The notes under the pieces are model-generated. The model ran no database searches and was not told where the DNA came from. It was given only the letters and a program-made list of their open reading frames with translations. A stretch of DNA of 63,878 nucleotides, the filler included, from Chiloscyllium plagiosum (Eukaryota): the NCBI RefSeq assembly GCF_004010195.1. It is 5 parts of one record of this genome, joined end to end, with 100 filler letters (N's around TTAATTAATTAA, not from the genome) between each part and the next. Parts side by side here need not be neighbours in the genome. Positions count along the whole stretch, not along the records: positions 19,103 to 37,857 come from NC_057717.1; 4 more parts are not named here. One strand, 5' to 3'. Below are positions 23,741 through 35,669 of the stretch, in pieces. The position numbers and the translations under genes are program-made. Position 1 is the stretch's first letter, and each line of letters begins with the position of its first letter.

Positions 23741-26700
23741 AAAATGCATTGATATTAACACACATACTATGAAGACACCTACCAATATTTACAAATTACA
23801 CAGACGCATGTAAGCATGTCATCAAATTATAAAGTGGGGACATTTTTTGCGATTGGAAGGAATTGTGTGAAACAAGAGCAATGATGCACCTGCGTATAAT
23901 CCATCATCAGGTTTTCCAGAGAATGTTCCAAGAGATCGCACATGGTCCAATTTGGGGTTCAGTCGACATTATTGTATGTTCCAACACAGAGAGAGAGAAA
24001 AATGTTTCTTGGCTGAGAAGCAGCAGCCGATTGACCCCTCTCTCTTACTTTGTTCCGCCCGACAGCAAAGTATGATACCATAAAATCCCCGAGTCAGTTT
24101 TACCACTTGTGAAGGATGCCTGGTGAGGATTCATTGGAATCTCTCCACTGTCTGAAAAGAAGGGAATTCAGCCAAATCCAAATGTTCCAGAAAGAAATCG
24201 CACTACCAGTAGCTTGTGTGAGCAGAATAATTTCAAAGGCAAAGTAACGTTTGGGGCACTGTTATTTTACCATTTGTTATGAGTTCAACTTTCTGTGTCT
24301 CACATTTTTCTCGAAAATGAACTACTCTGAGGCCTATACCATTGGTCACACCACAAAACTGGTTGCATTTAAGATTGGTGTAACCAGTGGAGGAGTAGGA
24401 CTGGAAAAAGTCATAGTGACCCTCCAACATTTGTTGGAACACAAATGAGAAATTCTCAAAGGTCTGTTCAAGTGGAAATTCCCTTCCCCAGAGGATTGTG
24501 GTGCCTAGATGTTTGCATTCATTCAAAGTTGTTTTTGTATGTAGTAAAATGGTGTACAGACAGAAGCGTGCTGCTGAGACCAAAAGCACATGGGGCTGTG
24601 ACAAAGTATCTAATGGCCCACTTCTGTTGCTCAGTCCCGTGTTGCTATGTTCTATTCAACCCCCCCCCCCCAGAGCTCCTGCAAGGAGCAGGTGAGGCCA
24701 CTTGCTCCAAATACCTGGTCAGCAGTAATACAGGATCTCATTCAGTCCCTCAAGACTGTCACTCATGGTTTGGTGTCGGTGGAGAATGTTATTTGGTTCG
24801 AAAGACGCCTCTGGTCTCTTTACAGAGTGTTTCCACTCTGCAACCTGTGGTTCATTTGTTGGTCATATTATAGACCCAGATTCACTGTGAATACAGTCCT
24901 CATACCTCAACTCATACCTCAACCAGCGATGACTCACAAAATGCTTTACTCTCTCTGATTGCAAAGTTCAAGAAAAGAATGTTCAGGAAAATTACAACCA
25001 TTAAATTTACAATTACTGAATAGGAGGACAATAGGAACAGGATCAGGTCATTCGGATGATCATGTATACCATCTTGGCTGATCTACTGTTGACATTAACT
25101 CATCTTTAATGCCCAATTCTTCACCCCTTAGCTCTCTGACCAGTCAGAAATCCATCTACCTCCTCCTTAAATGCTTTCAGTGATGTAGCTTCCCCAGCTC
25201 CCTAGCCCAGATAATTTCTAACAGTGATTACTTTCTGTGAGAGGAAAGCACTCCGTACACATACATTGTCACCTATTGATATGAGCAAGAGGCGAACACA
25301 GGGGCTCAGGAAAGAGTGAATGGCATTGATACCAAGGCAGTATTTGACTGAGGATGGCATCGGAACCACCTACTTATTTGAGCTGATTGGGAATCAGATG
25401 TAACCTTCTCACTGGACGGGCTCTTTCAGAACACAAATAAAGAGGTTTGGGGTCAGTCGCCAACAATCCTCTCAGTCCCGGGACATCTCTTCAGGAGATC
25501 CTCAGGTTAGCCTCCTCAGCACAAACATCTTCAGCTGCCCCATCAATGCCTTTTCCCATCATAAGATCTAAAGTAGGTATGAGGTCTGAAAGTCACACAA
25601 CGTTCAGAACATTTGTCCCCCATCAGCTCTTGAACCATTCTGTGTCCATGTGCAGATAGACCCAGACAGCATGCCGGTTTGTGCTGTTAAAGTGTCGGTA
25701 ACATTCATGTAACAGCACGGCCCAGACAATGCACACTTCCACAGTTAAAAGAGGAGCTCATTCAGCATCTCAAGCTGGTTGCAAACGTGTATGAGCTAGC
25801 ATTTGGGAACAGAAGAGGGACAGCACGTTCAATACTCCTGCCTGTAATACAGGAAGAAGAGTGGTCTGTTCAGTGCATCGAGCTGTTGACCAGGAACAGG
25901 CAGATCCCAATCAGACCCTTAAACCTGTTCCTTGAGACCAGGAGGAGGCTGTTCATCCCCACGAGACAGTTATACAGGAACAAGAGGGGGTCATTGATAT
26001 TCCAACATGACAAACCGAGACTGCACTGATACAGAGCTCCATGATATTAATCAGGGTTCCATTGTTTGTAAAACGTGTGCTACTTTAACATGGTTTGCTG
26101 GTAGTGAGGAAGGAAGCCAAATCATTTGTGCCAAGTCTCTAGGAGGCAGCCTCTATCTCCGAGAAAACACACCCATGTTCTCCATGGAAGTTAGATCTGG
26201 TGGGAATAGTTAACTGTTTTAGCATGAAGGTATTGTGGCTGCTGTAGGGATTGTGGATAACGAGACTTTCAGTGCAGGATCACACACCAAATGCACTGTA
26301 TTAATGTGGGGAGCATTTATTCAAAGACTGGCCCTCTGTCTCTCTCATGCGATATGGGGATTGGATGTGGACTGATTGGAATATTCTCAGAGGCTCTTAA
26401 ACTATCGAGAATCATGTAACCCGAGTAAAAACGAAGCCATGGAATCTTTCACCGTATCAGTGTCTATTTAGAACATCGTGAGTGACTGTCCCTCAATGCA
26501 ATCGCCTCTCATTCTCTCACAACGCCAGAGATTAATCTTTACTGTCTCCTCATGGTACCATCGTCCCAGGGATTAGTCTGGTGAAACTTCATTGCACTCT
26601 CTCTGTGGCAAGGCGATCATTACTTTTAAAGGATAGAAAGTCTGTCCAAAATATGCCAAATACTGCCTCAACGACACTCTCAGCAATGATCACAATAACT

Positions 26701-26904
26701 CTTTTTCCTCTTAGACATCTCTATTTCTTTCCTGTGGCGTAAAAAGACTTTCCTTCTCTCTACACTGCTGGAAAGAGTTAACTCTTTTATAATGAAGGTA
26801 TTGTTGTTGCTGTTGGGATTATGGATAACATGACGTTGACTGCAGGGGCACGATCAATTGAACTGCATTAATGTTATGAGAGTTTATTCAAAAGCCTAAA
26901 CTTC

Positions 26905-26910
26905 TCTCTC

Positions 26911-27005
<95 letters not shown>

Positions 27006-27040
27006 CTCTCTAACTCTCTCTCTCCTCTCTTTCTCTCTTT
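26905..27040. repeat. (TCTA)n / (CT)n microsatellite
   Basis: long perfect tcta run ~26910-27003. Confidence 0.95.
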
Positions 27041-27762
27041 GTCTCAGTCGAAATAGGGAGTGTGGTGGTTGAGTGGAACGTTCTCAGAGACTCTAAAACT
27101 ATCGAGAATCATGTAATCTGAGTGAAAAAAACGCCATGGAACTTATCACCGTATCAGTGTCTGTTTAGAACATCATGAGTGACTGTCCATCCCCCTTAAG
27201 GTTCAAATCAATCACCTCTAATTCTCTCACTGAACCTCACTCACTGCTCATGGTGCCATCATCCCAGGGATTAGTCTGGTGAAACTTGAGAGAAAGTCTA
27301 TCCACAGTACCCCAAATGCTGCCTCAATAACACTCTCAGTGATGATCACAAAACATCTTTTCTCTCAGTGAGACATCGCCATATCATTCCTGTGCCACAG
27401 AAAGACATTCCTTCTCTATGCACTACAACTGACATGGAATTTATAAGTCCCTTACATCTGTACGTCAGCATCAATAAAGCCAGCACCAGGGATGCCTATG
27501 GAGATGTGCATGACACTGGGGCAGAATTTCAATGAGATTGAATACACCTAAAATCGGGGATGATCACGTACCTGAATGGAAATGAGATGTAGCAATACAG
27601 AAAACAGGCAGAGAAAGAGAGCTATCTTTACTTTTGTTCTTCTCTCACAGGATGTATGAAGCCCTGGTCAGGGCAGCATATTATGCAGATCTTGAACTGA
27701 GTGGCTGGTTCAGCGGTTCCACAGGACATCAAAAAGTAAAATGCATGGCTGTGGGCTTGTAG

Positions 27763-28015
27763 TGTTACAACACAGGATAAATCTTCCTGCTAAATTAAAA
27801 CCAGCACAAAGAAAAGATTTATCCAATGCAATAATCTGTGATAATTCTAGAGTCCAAATCTATTTAAAGTAAAAATTAACAACTTTATTTCTTAAAGTAT
27901 AACAGAGAATAATAAACGAACGACTATTTACAACTTCTTCCTCTAACCTGTCTTTTACCTTCCCCCTCCACAATACAAGTCTGATAAGGCTCCTAAATTA
28001 AGATTTACAAAACAA
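27763..28015 (-). mobile_element. LTR fragment related to the 12547-12800 LTR end
   Basis: tgttacaa...ttaaaacc...gaaaag...taatctg similarity by eye. Confidence 0.45.
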
Positions 28016-28128
28016 GGAAATGAATTTTTGTTTGGAACTGAAGATATTGACTTGCACTTTCCAAAATTTATACATCATGAGCAGAAATTCAGTTCAACCC
28101 GGTTTAGTAGATAAGTATAATGACTTAC

Positions 28129-28292
28129 CAGGAACACCAACTATAACGAGGATGGGATAGTAACCACCTTGAATAATCCTGGATCCGTAATGCTAATGAT
28201 ATCCAAGGCCGAGAAAGCCAGTAAAGGCCGCAGGATAAACTCCTGTCCATTGGTGGATCATTCCAGTCTAATGTTCTCAGATTCTGATCCAT
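28129..28292 (-). pseudogene. GPR139/GPR142-like GPCR exon 1 (repetitive N-terminus plus first part of TM1), frameshifted
   Basis: ATG at 28292 (MDQNLRTLDWNDPPMDRSLS..LALRIQ); a +1 frameshift near 28180 leads to IIQGGYYPILVIVGVP-G|gtaagt donor at 28128; phase-1 join G|TT gives GVP-V-NVVTI with exon 2. Confidence 0.8.
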
Positions 28293-30038
28293 TGTGGGAA
28301 CATTCCAATCCAAGGCCCTCAGATTATGAACAATTACTGTAACGTTCCTGTCTAATGTTCTCAGATTCTGATCTCTCCTCTCCCTCTCTCTCGAGCTGTT
28401 GATCCCTGTTAGTGATGTCAGTGATGTTCCTACTCAAACTATGGGATAGCACATCGAAAAGAGTCCATTTATCTTTCAACGATGGAAACTATCTACTGGG
28501 ATAATTCTGATCCACGGAGATTGACATCAATCACAGTCACTGAACAAATAGCGCCAGTTACCCCCTGCGATTTCAATATTGATTTTGTTAAAATTCAAAA
28601 GAACGTTTAAAATTTACACATTTGGCTTGGGATATGTGGGGGTGACTGACGGATGTAATATTGGAGATGGTAGATTGATTTATGTAATCATACAATCTGC
28701 ATTAAATATGTGAGTAATGTCAAAGGATTGTCAGAACATAAACAAGTTTCTCCGCATATAAATGGAAACATACAGTCTGTAACTACTGATCACTGATTAT
28801 AATGTCAGTAAAATATGGAGAGAACTTTTCCAGTATATAATCTTACAGGTAAATGTGCCTACGTCAACATGAATTATAACAGACAAATGGCATGGATATG
28901 TTAACAGAGAATATGATGTAAAACACAATTCAGATGGTTAGTCGAGGATCAGAGAGGGCAGGTGAGTGTCATGCTGTTAATGTTGTCGATGTCAATCAAC
29001 TGTGATTAAGTACCATTCACTGGATTTCGATTGCAGTGTAATTATGATATTGGGGAAATGGCTGCAGAGATTGGAGGGAGGGAACATGATATTTCCCATT
29101 CATCAGTATTGGGATGTTACTCTTTATAAATCATATAAAGATCAAATTCCAAGATTCATCTCCAATGAGGAAAGAGCACAGCCAATATTATCCATACGAC
29201 CAGAAGACATTGGAACAGAAATTTGGCCATTCGGCCCATTGAGTCTGCTCCGCCATTCAATGATGGCTGTTAAGCTTCTCAACCCCATTCTTCCGCTTTC
29301 TATCTGTAACCCTTCATCCCCTTTACAATCAAGAACCTATCTGTCTTACTCTTAAATATACTCAATTACCTGGCTTCGACAGCCTTCTGTAGCAGTGAAT
29401 TCCCTGGATTCACCACTCGGAGGCTGAAGAGGTTTGTCTTTATCTATGTTTGAAAAGGTCTTCTTTTTACTCTGTCCCTTCGGGTCCTAGTCTCCTCTCC
29501 ATTGGAAATATCTTCCCAACATCCACCCTGTCCAGGTCATTCAATATTCTGTAAGTTTCAATTAGACCTCCTAACATCCTTCTGAACTCTGTCAAATATC
29601 GACCCAGAGCCCTCAGATGTTCTTCATATGTTAAGCTTTTCATTCCTGGGACCACTTTCGCGAATACCATCGAAAAAATCTCTAGGGCCAGTACATCCTT
29701 CCTGAGATGTGGGACCCAAAACTGTGCACAATAATCCAAACGTAGCCTGAACAAAATCTTATAGAGCCTCAGACGTACATCCCAGCATTTATATTAAAGC
29801 CCTCTTGAAATAAATGCCATCATTTTATTTGCCTTCCAAACTGCTGACAACTTGCAAGTTTGTCTTTCAAGATCCTTGGACTAGAACCCACCCCCGTCTT
29901 CTGAACTTGCTCGCTAATTAGAAAATATTCCATGCCTCTGTTTTTCCTGGCAAACTGCATGACTTCACACTTGCCCACGTTATACTCCACCTGCCACTTC
30001 TTTGCTCACTCCCCTAACCTGTGCAAATCCTTCAGCAG

Positions 30039-31010
30039 GAGAAAGTGAGGACCGCAGATGCTGGAGATCAGAGTCAAATGGTGTGGTGCTAGAAAAACAC
30101 AGCCAGTCAGGCGCTCTCCAAGGAACAGGATATTCAACGTTTCAGTCATAAAGCCTGTATCAGGAATGAAGTGGGTGGGCGGAAGGGGTTTGAGAGATGA
30201 ATGGGAGGGTCTGGGAGGAAGGTTGCTTGGAAGGCGATGGCTAAATGAAGGTGGGTGGTGAGAGTGGAAGGTGAAGTGCATAGATGGGAAGGAAGACAGA
30301 CAGGTAGGACATTTCAACAGGCTGTGCGCAGTTGGAGGGTCAGATGTGGGATAAGGTGGAGGGACGGGAGATGAGGAAACTGGTGGCATTGCGCTGGATA
30401 CCATGTGGTTGAAGGGTCCCAAGATGGAAGACGATGCGCTCTTCCTCCAGACGTCTGGTGGCTGGCATTTTGGCAGTGGAGAGGCCAAGAACTTGCATGT
30501 CCTTGGAGGAATGGTAGGGGGAGTTGAAGTATTCAGCCACAGGGAAGTGGGGTTGTTGGGTGTGTGACGGAGAGTGTTCCCTGAACCGTTCTACAAGTTG
30601 ACGTCCTCTCTCCCCAATGTAGAGGAGACCAGGAGCAATGGACAGAGTAGATATGGTGTTTGGATGCTCAGGTTATTTTCTGCCTGATGTGGAAGGATCC
30701 TCTGGGGCCTTGGATGGAGGTGAGGAGGAGGTTGTTGGCACAGGTTTCATATCTCTTGCAATGGCAAGTGAAAGTGCCGGGAGTGGAAGGAGGCTTGTGG
30801 GGTGTGGGGGGCACGGACGCGTGAACCTAACGAGGGAGTCGTGAAGAGAATGGTCTCTGCAGAATGCTGATAGGGGTTGGGAGGGATGTATATCTCTGGT
30901 GGTGTAGTCTGACTGTTGGTGGCAGAAATGGTGGAGGATGATGCGTTGTATCCTGAGGTTGGTGGGATGGAAGGCGAGCAGTAGAGGGGTGCTAGAGGGT
31001 GCTACTGCAC
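30039..31010 (-). mobile_element. Penelope-like element 3' part (GIY-YIG region and terminus) inserted in CR1
   Basis: PLLLAFHPTNLRIQRIILHHF..LHDSLVR; AEYFNSPYHS..RRLEEERIVFHLGTLQPHGI; TSD-like ccttcagcag (30029-30038)/ccttctgcag (31011-31020). Confidence 0.85.
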
Positions 31011-33171
31011 CCTTCTGCAGCCGAACCACCTCTTCGATGCTACCTATCCCCGTATTCCATCTTTGCACGGTTTGAAAACTTAGACAGAATTCCCTCAGTT
31101 CCTTCATGTAAACCATTAATGCACAAAGCGAATTGTTGTGGTCCCAACCCTGAGTCTTGAGGAATACCACTTGTCACTGGATGCCATCCTGAGAAGGGCA
31201 CGTTTATCTCCACTCTCTGCTTTCTGTCAGACAGCCATGCATCTATCCAAGTTAGCACCTTGCCTGTAACACCAGGGGCCCTAATCTTTCTCAATAGCCT
31301 CCTGTTTGGCACCTTACCAAAGGATTTTAGAGAAGCAGGTGGATAACATCTATTGGATCTCCTTGGTCTAATCTGCACGTTACATCCATAAGTATTCCAG
31401 CAGGTTTGTCAGGCATGATCTCCCATTGATGAAAAATGCTAACTTTGCACTACTTTACTAAATACTTCTAAGTATTCAGAAATCCCATCCTTCACGATGG
31501 ATTCTAGGATGTTACCCACAACCAAGGTTAGGCTAATCAGTCTGTAATTTTCCATCTTCTGCCTAACTCCCTTATTAAATGGAGTGTCAAGTTTGCAATT
31601 TTCCAGCCTTTCCTGATTTTAGTCATTCCTGAAAGATTACCACTTTCACTTTCACTACTTATTCAGCTATCTCCATTACAATGCTGGGATGTAGTCCATA
31701 TGGTGCAGGTGATTTATCCAAATTCAGGCCATTCAGTTTTCTAACATGTTCTTCTTGGTGATGACCACAATACTCAGCTCTGCCCTCTCACTGTCTTCAA
31801 TTTTTGGGAAATTACTCGTGTCTACCACCATGAATGTTGATGCAAAGTTCCTCATTCGTTTCTTTGTTTTCCACGACTGTCTCTCCAGCATCATTTTCCA
31901 GTGGTCCATATTCACTTTTGCCTCTCTATTGCATATTATATATCTAAAGAACCTCTTACACTCTCCTTTATATTACTGGCTAGCTTACCTCTATATTTAA
32001 TCTTCTCTGTTTTTGTTTTGCCATCTGTTAGTCTTTGTACGTTTTCTAATTCTCTAGTTTCCCACTGTCCATCACCACATTGTACGTTGGCTCTTTTGCT
32101 TGTATGCAATCCTTGACTTCCGTCGTCAGCCCTGGCTGTCTCATCCTCCCTGTACTATGCCTCTATTCCTCGGCAAGAATCTCTGCTGTGACTCCTGAAT
32201 TAATCTTGGAATCTGCTGTCATTGCTGTTCCCCTGTCTTTCATGCTTGACACTTCTCCCAGTCAATTCTACCCAGCTTCTCCCTTATGCCTCTGTAGTTG
32301 CCTTTATTCAGCTAAAATACTGTTACCTCTGATTCTATCTTCACTCTCAAATTGCAGAATAAATCCGTCCATGTTCTGATCATTGCTTCCGAGGTTTACC
32401 TTCACCCTAATCTCCCTTATGAATCCTGCGTTATTAAATCCAGTATCATCTGTTCCCGCGTGGCCTCCACCAGAAGTTGCTCCAAAACGCCATCACATAA
32501 ACATTCCTAAAATTCCTTTTCTTGTGAACCACTACCAATCTAATGTTCCCAGTTCCCCTGCATACTGAAATCACCCACGATCACTATACTTGGCCTTTCC
32601 TACACATCTTTTCTATCTCCTGGTGTATCATGTGCCCCATTCCTGAGTACTCTTTGGAGCCCTGTACAAGACTTCAACTGTGGTTGTCTTACCTTTGTGG
32701 TTCCTCAATTCTACCCAGGCAGATTCTACATCATCTGACCTTACTTCCTTTTTTACTATTGATTTAATTTCATGTCTTACTAATAATGCAAATCCACTCC
32801 CTCTGCCCACCTGCCAATCTTTTCGATAGGATAAATATCCTTAAATATTCAGATCGCATTGTAGCCACATCTCCGTGAAGCCCATCGCTCCATACCTGCC
32901 GATTTAATTCTGCGCCACAAGCTCATTTACCTTATTCCTTGTACAGCATGCATTCAGTTCTAACCCCTTCACTCCTGCATTAACCGTCCCTCTTCTCATT
33001 GTCATTCGTTTGTGCAGTGTGCTTGAAGTTTGAAAAGTTGAACATTTCCAGATGCTCTATCCTATTTGTGTCTGTGCTAGAGAGTTTAATAACCTCTCCT
33101 GAGTTCTGTCCTCTTACCTCCTCTTTTAATTCGGCTTTTATAATTAAACCCTATAACTGCACCCCCACCCC

Positions 33172-33336
33172 GCACACACACAAACACACACACACACACA
33201 GACACACAATCACACACACACACATACACACACGCACTCACACACACACATATACACACACACACACATACACACACACAGACACACACACACGGATACA
33301 CACACACAGACACACACACACAGACACACACACACA
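33172..33336. repeat. (CA)n microsatellite
   Basis: direct reading; source of the HT and VC repeat ORFs. Confidence 0.95.
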
Positions 33337-34525
33337 GCTGTCTCCAGCCCTGGTTAGGATTCACTCGGACTCTGGTCCCAGCGCGGTTCAGATGACGACT
33401 GCCCCATCGGAGCAGGTCCTTTCTTCCTCAGTAATAAAATGTGTTTATTCAACACAAAATACAAGGATAAAAAGGCTTTTCTTTGAAACCAAAAATATGA
33501 AAACTATAAAAAGACAATATTGTTAAAATACACTGACTATGTGGAGCTATATAAATTGTAAGCGAATTACAAAATCATGGAAGTGGTGTGCAAACTTTAT
33601 CAATCATTATTTGACCCAGAGCTGAGATCATGATTTCCCCTCTGCCAGTGATTCCCTTCACTGAGATGCCACTCTGCCTCTCACGCAGTATCTAGAGGGG
33701 CTAAAGTTCCTGTTGGCCCAGAATACTTAAATGAATCCACCTTCTACCTGGAAAAAATCTATTGGTCTATTGGATTGTGTTTAGCTGTCAGCAACTCAGC
33801 TCTGGGATGTTATTGGCGATAAATGATCTGGGATGACAGCCAGTATCAGCATGGTGCTCACAGGGTATGGCACCAGACAAAGGGCTTACAGTCTGTGAGA
33901 GTTTCTAAGAAAAGTTTCTGTGTATTTCTCCTCATGCTGTCTCCTGATCTAACTTCACATTCGTCTGACACCCCTTGCTCTCACTCACTCTGTCACTCCT
34001 TTTTTTCACTCTGTTTATCTCACTTCACTGTTTTTCTGTCAGTTTATTTCTCTCCCTCTCAGTCTAGCTCCGATCATTCCCTCTATTTTCAAGTTGTCAA
34101 GTTGGAGAGCTCATGGACGCATGGTGGGCTGTATGGCCTCCTTCTGTGTTGTATTAATTCTGAAGTTCTCTGACCCACAGTAACAAGGTTTGGTGCCTGG
34201 AGAAATAAGCTGGTCCAGTGAAGGACACAGTGGACAATTAACCATTATCTCTTCCTATTTTTTGACATGCAGCAACATCGAAATATTTGTTCCAACAAAT
34301 AAATTCTTCATATTAAAATCAGCACAATTCAGACTGCGAGGCCATTGTGTTCAGTACCCTCTGTTTTTTTTTTGTTGGTCTTAGCTGTACTGGGATTAGT
34401 CTCCAACTCCTCCTCAGTCACTGTACCTGTGGACCTACTGCTGTGGTTCCACACGCCCCTCCCCCACCGCCGCCACACACTAGTTTAAACCCTCGTAAAG
34501 AACAATAGCAAACCTGCCTGCCAGT

Positions 34526-34768
34526 AGATTGCTGCCAGTTCAAAACCATCCCGTCCATCTTGTTTATATCCTACCAACCCGGGAATCCCAATGATCCACA
34601 TATCGGAGATTGTTATCAGTTCATGTACATCCCGTCCTTCTTGTGTGTATCCTACTGACCCGTGAATCCCAATAAGCCACATATCGTAAATTGCTGCCAG
34701 TTCAGGTTCATACCGTCCTTTTTGTGTATATCCTACCGACTCGGGAATTCCAATGATCCACATATCGG
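34526..34768. repeat. 81-bp tandem triplication of a CR1 ORF1-derived segment
   Basis: units start at 34526, 34607, 34688; flank tagtttaaaccctc...agcaaacctgcc and YKQDG motif resemble the CR1 ORF1 esterase C-terminus. Confidence 0.75.
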
Positions 34769-35556
34769 AAGCGCTGCCTCCCCGACCAGCACTTTGAACG
34801 TGTATTTAACTGTGCTACCTTACGATTCCGAACCTCACTCGCATGTGACATATTCTAATATCTCCAAACTTCAAATATCCTTTCAGCATAACTCCAGCAA
34901 GGCCTTTTCTTTAAACTGCATAGACTTGACAATAAAATCTTAAGTGTGACGTCAGGAAAGTGAGACCACTGAATCAGTCCAATGACCACCGGATCTGATA
35001 TCTATCCGCGCCACCAAACCTATTTGAAAAGGCATAGATATGGACCATCTACTTGCAGATGGCCGAGGATAAACAGAAGATTAGAAAATGTCAGAGCAGA
35101 TGGATGTAATTCAGCCTGTTTACTCAGCTTTGATATTCAACAGGATTCTAGTTATTCTGTTCCTTTCAATGGCAGGGTCTTTACCCAGCATCCCCAGCGG
35201 GTCAGAAAGTTCCCAGTGTCGTTGTGTGCACAGTCCTGCGAAGGGAGTATATAGTGCCAGGCAATGGGGTGTGGGGAGTCCCATGGGTGGCACAAGGAAA
35301 GGCTGCATGTAGTGACGATGGACTGAGGGAACTGAGAGAGATGGAATGGGCATCCAGGGACACTACACTCAGACAAGTGGCCGGGCAAGATTCCTAAACA
35401 CCCAGAGGAACCCGCGAACCACAGCTGCTTTTACAAAAACCTGTCACATTTGCTGCATTTCTCCATCGAACAAAAGTAAAAATACTGTAGATGGTAGAAA
35501 TCTGAAGCAAACACAGAGACATACTGTGGAGAGAGAAAAGAGTTAATGCTCCCAAT

Positions 35557-35665
35557 TCAGACACGGGAAGAATGTACAAAGTCCACACAGACAGGGTCCA
35601 GAGATTGGAAATGAACCCAAGTCCCGATCAATGTGAGGCAGCATTGTTGTGTCACCATGCTGCCC
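35557..35665 (-). mobile_element. old tRNA-derived SINE 5' fragment (HE1/V-SINE-like)
   Basis: reverse complement resembles the 57904 SINE head (gggcagcatggtg..tgctgcctcac..gggttcatttcc..tgtgtggact..cccgtgtctg). Confidence 0.65.
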
Positions 35666-35669
35666 AAAG

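Larger units (their letters stand above)
29190..33430 (-). mobile_element. long decayed CR1 LINE (end of ORF1, EN, RT, 3' end), interrupted by a Penelope and a CA repeat
   Basis: EN GRGSGFALLV..VESAWVELRN..VLYRAP (~32810-32630); RT WIDAWLSDRKQRV..VTSGIPQDSGLGPQ (~31250-31130); LDYCAQFWVPHLRKDVLALE..GGLIETYRIL; 3' end ~29200. Confidence 0.9.

Noticed and set aside
32999..33526. 175-aa His/Thr-rich ORF (and similar ORFs at 774-1171 and 22112-22470)
   Set aside because: Translations of microsatellites
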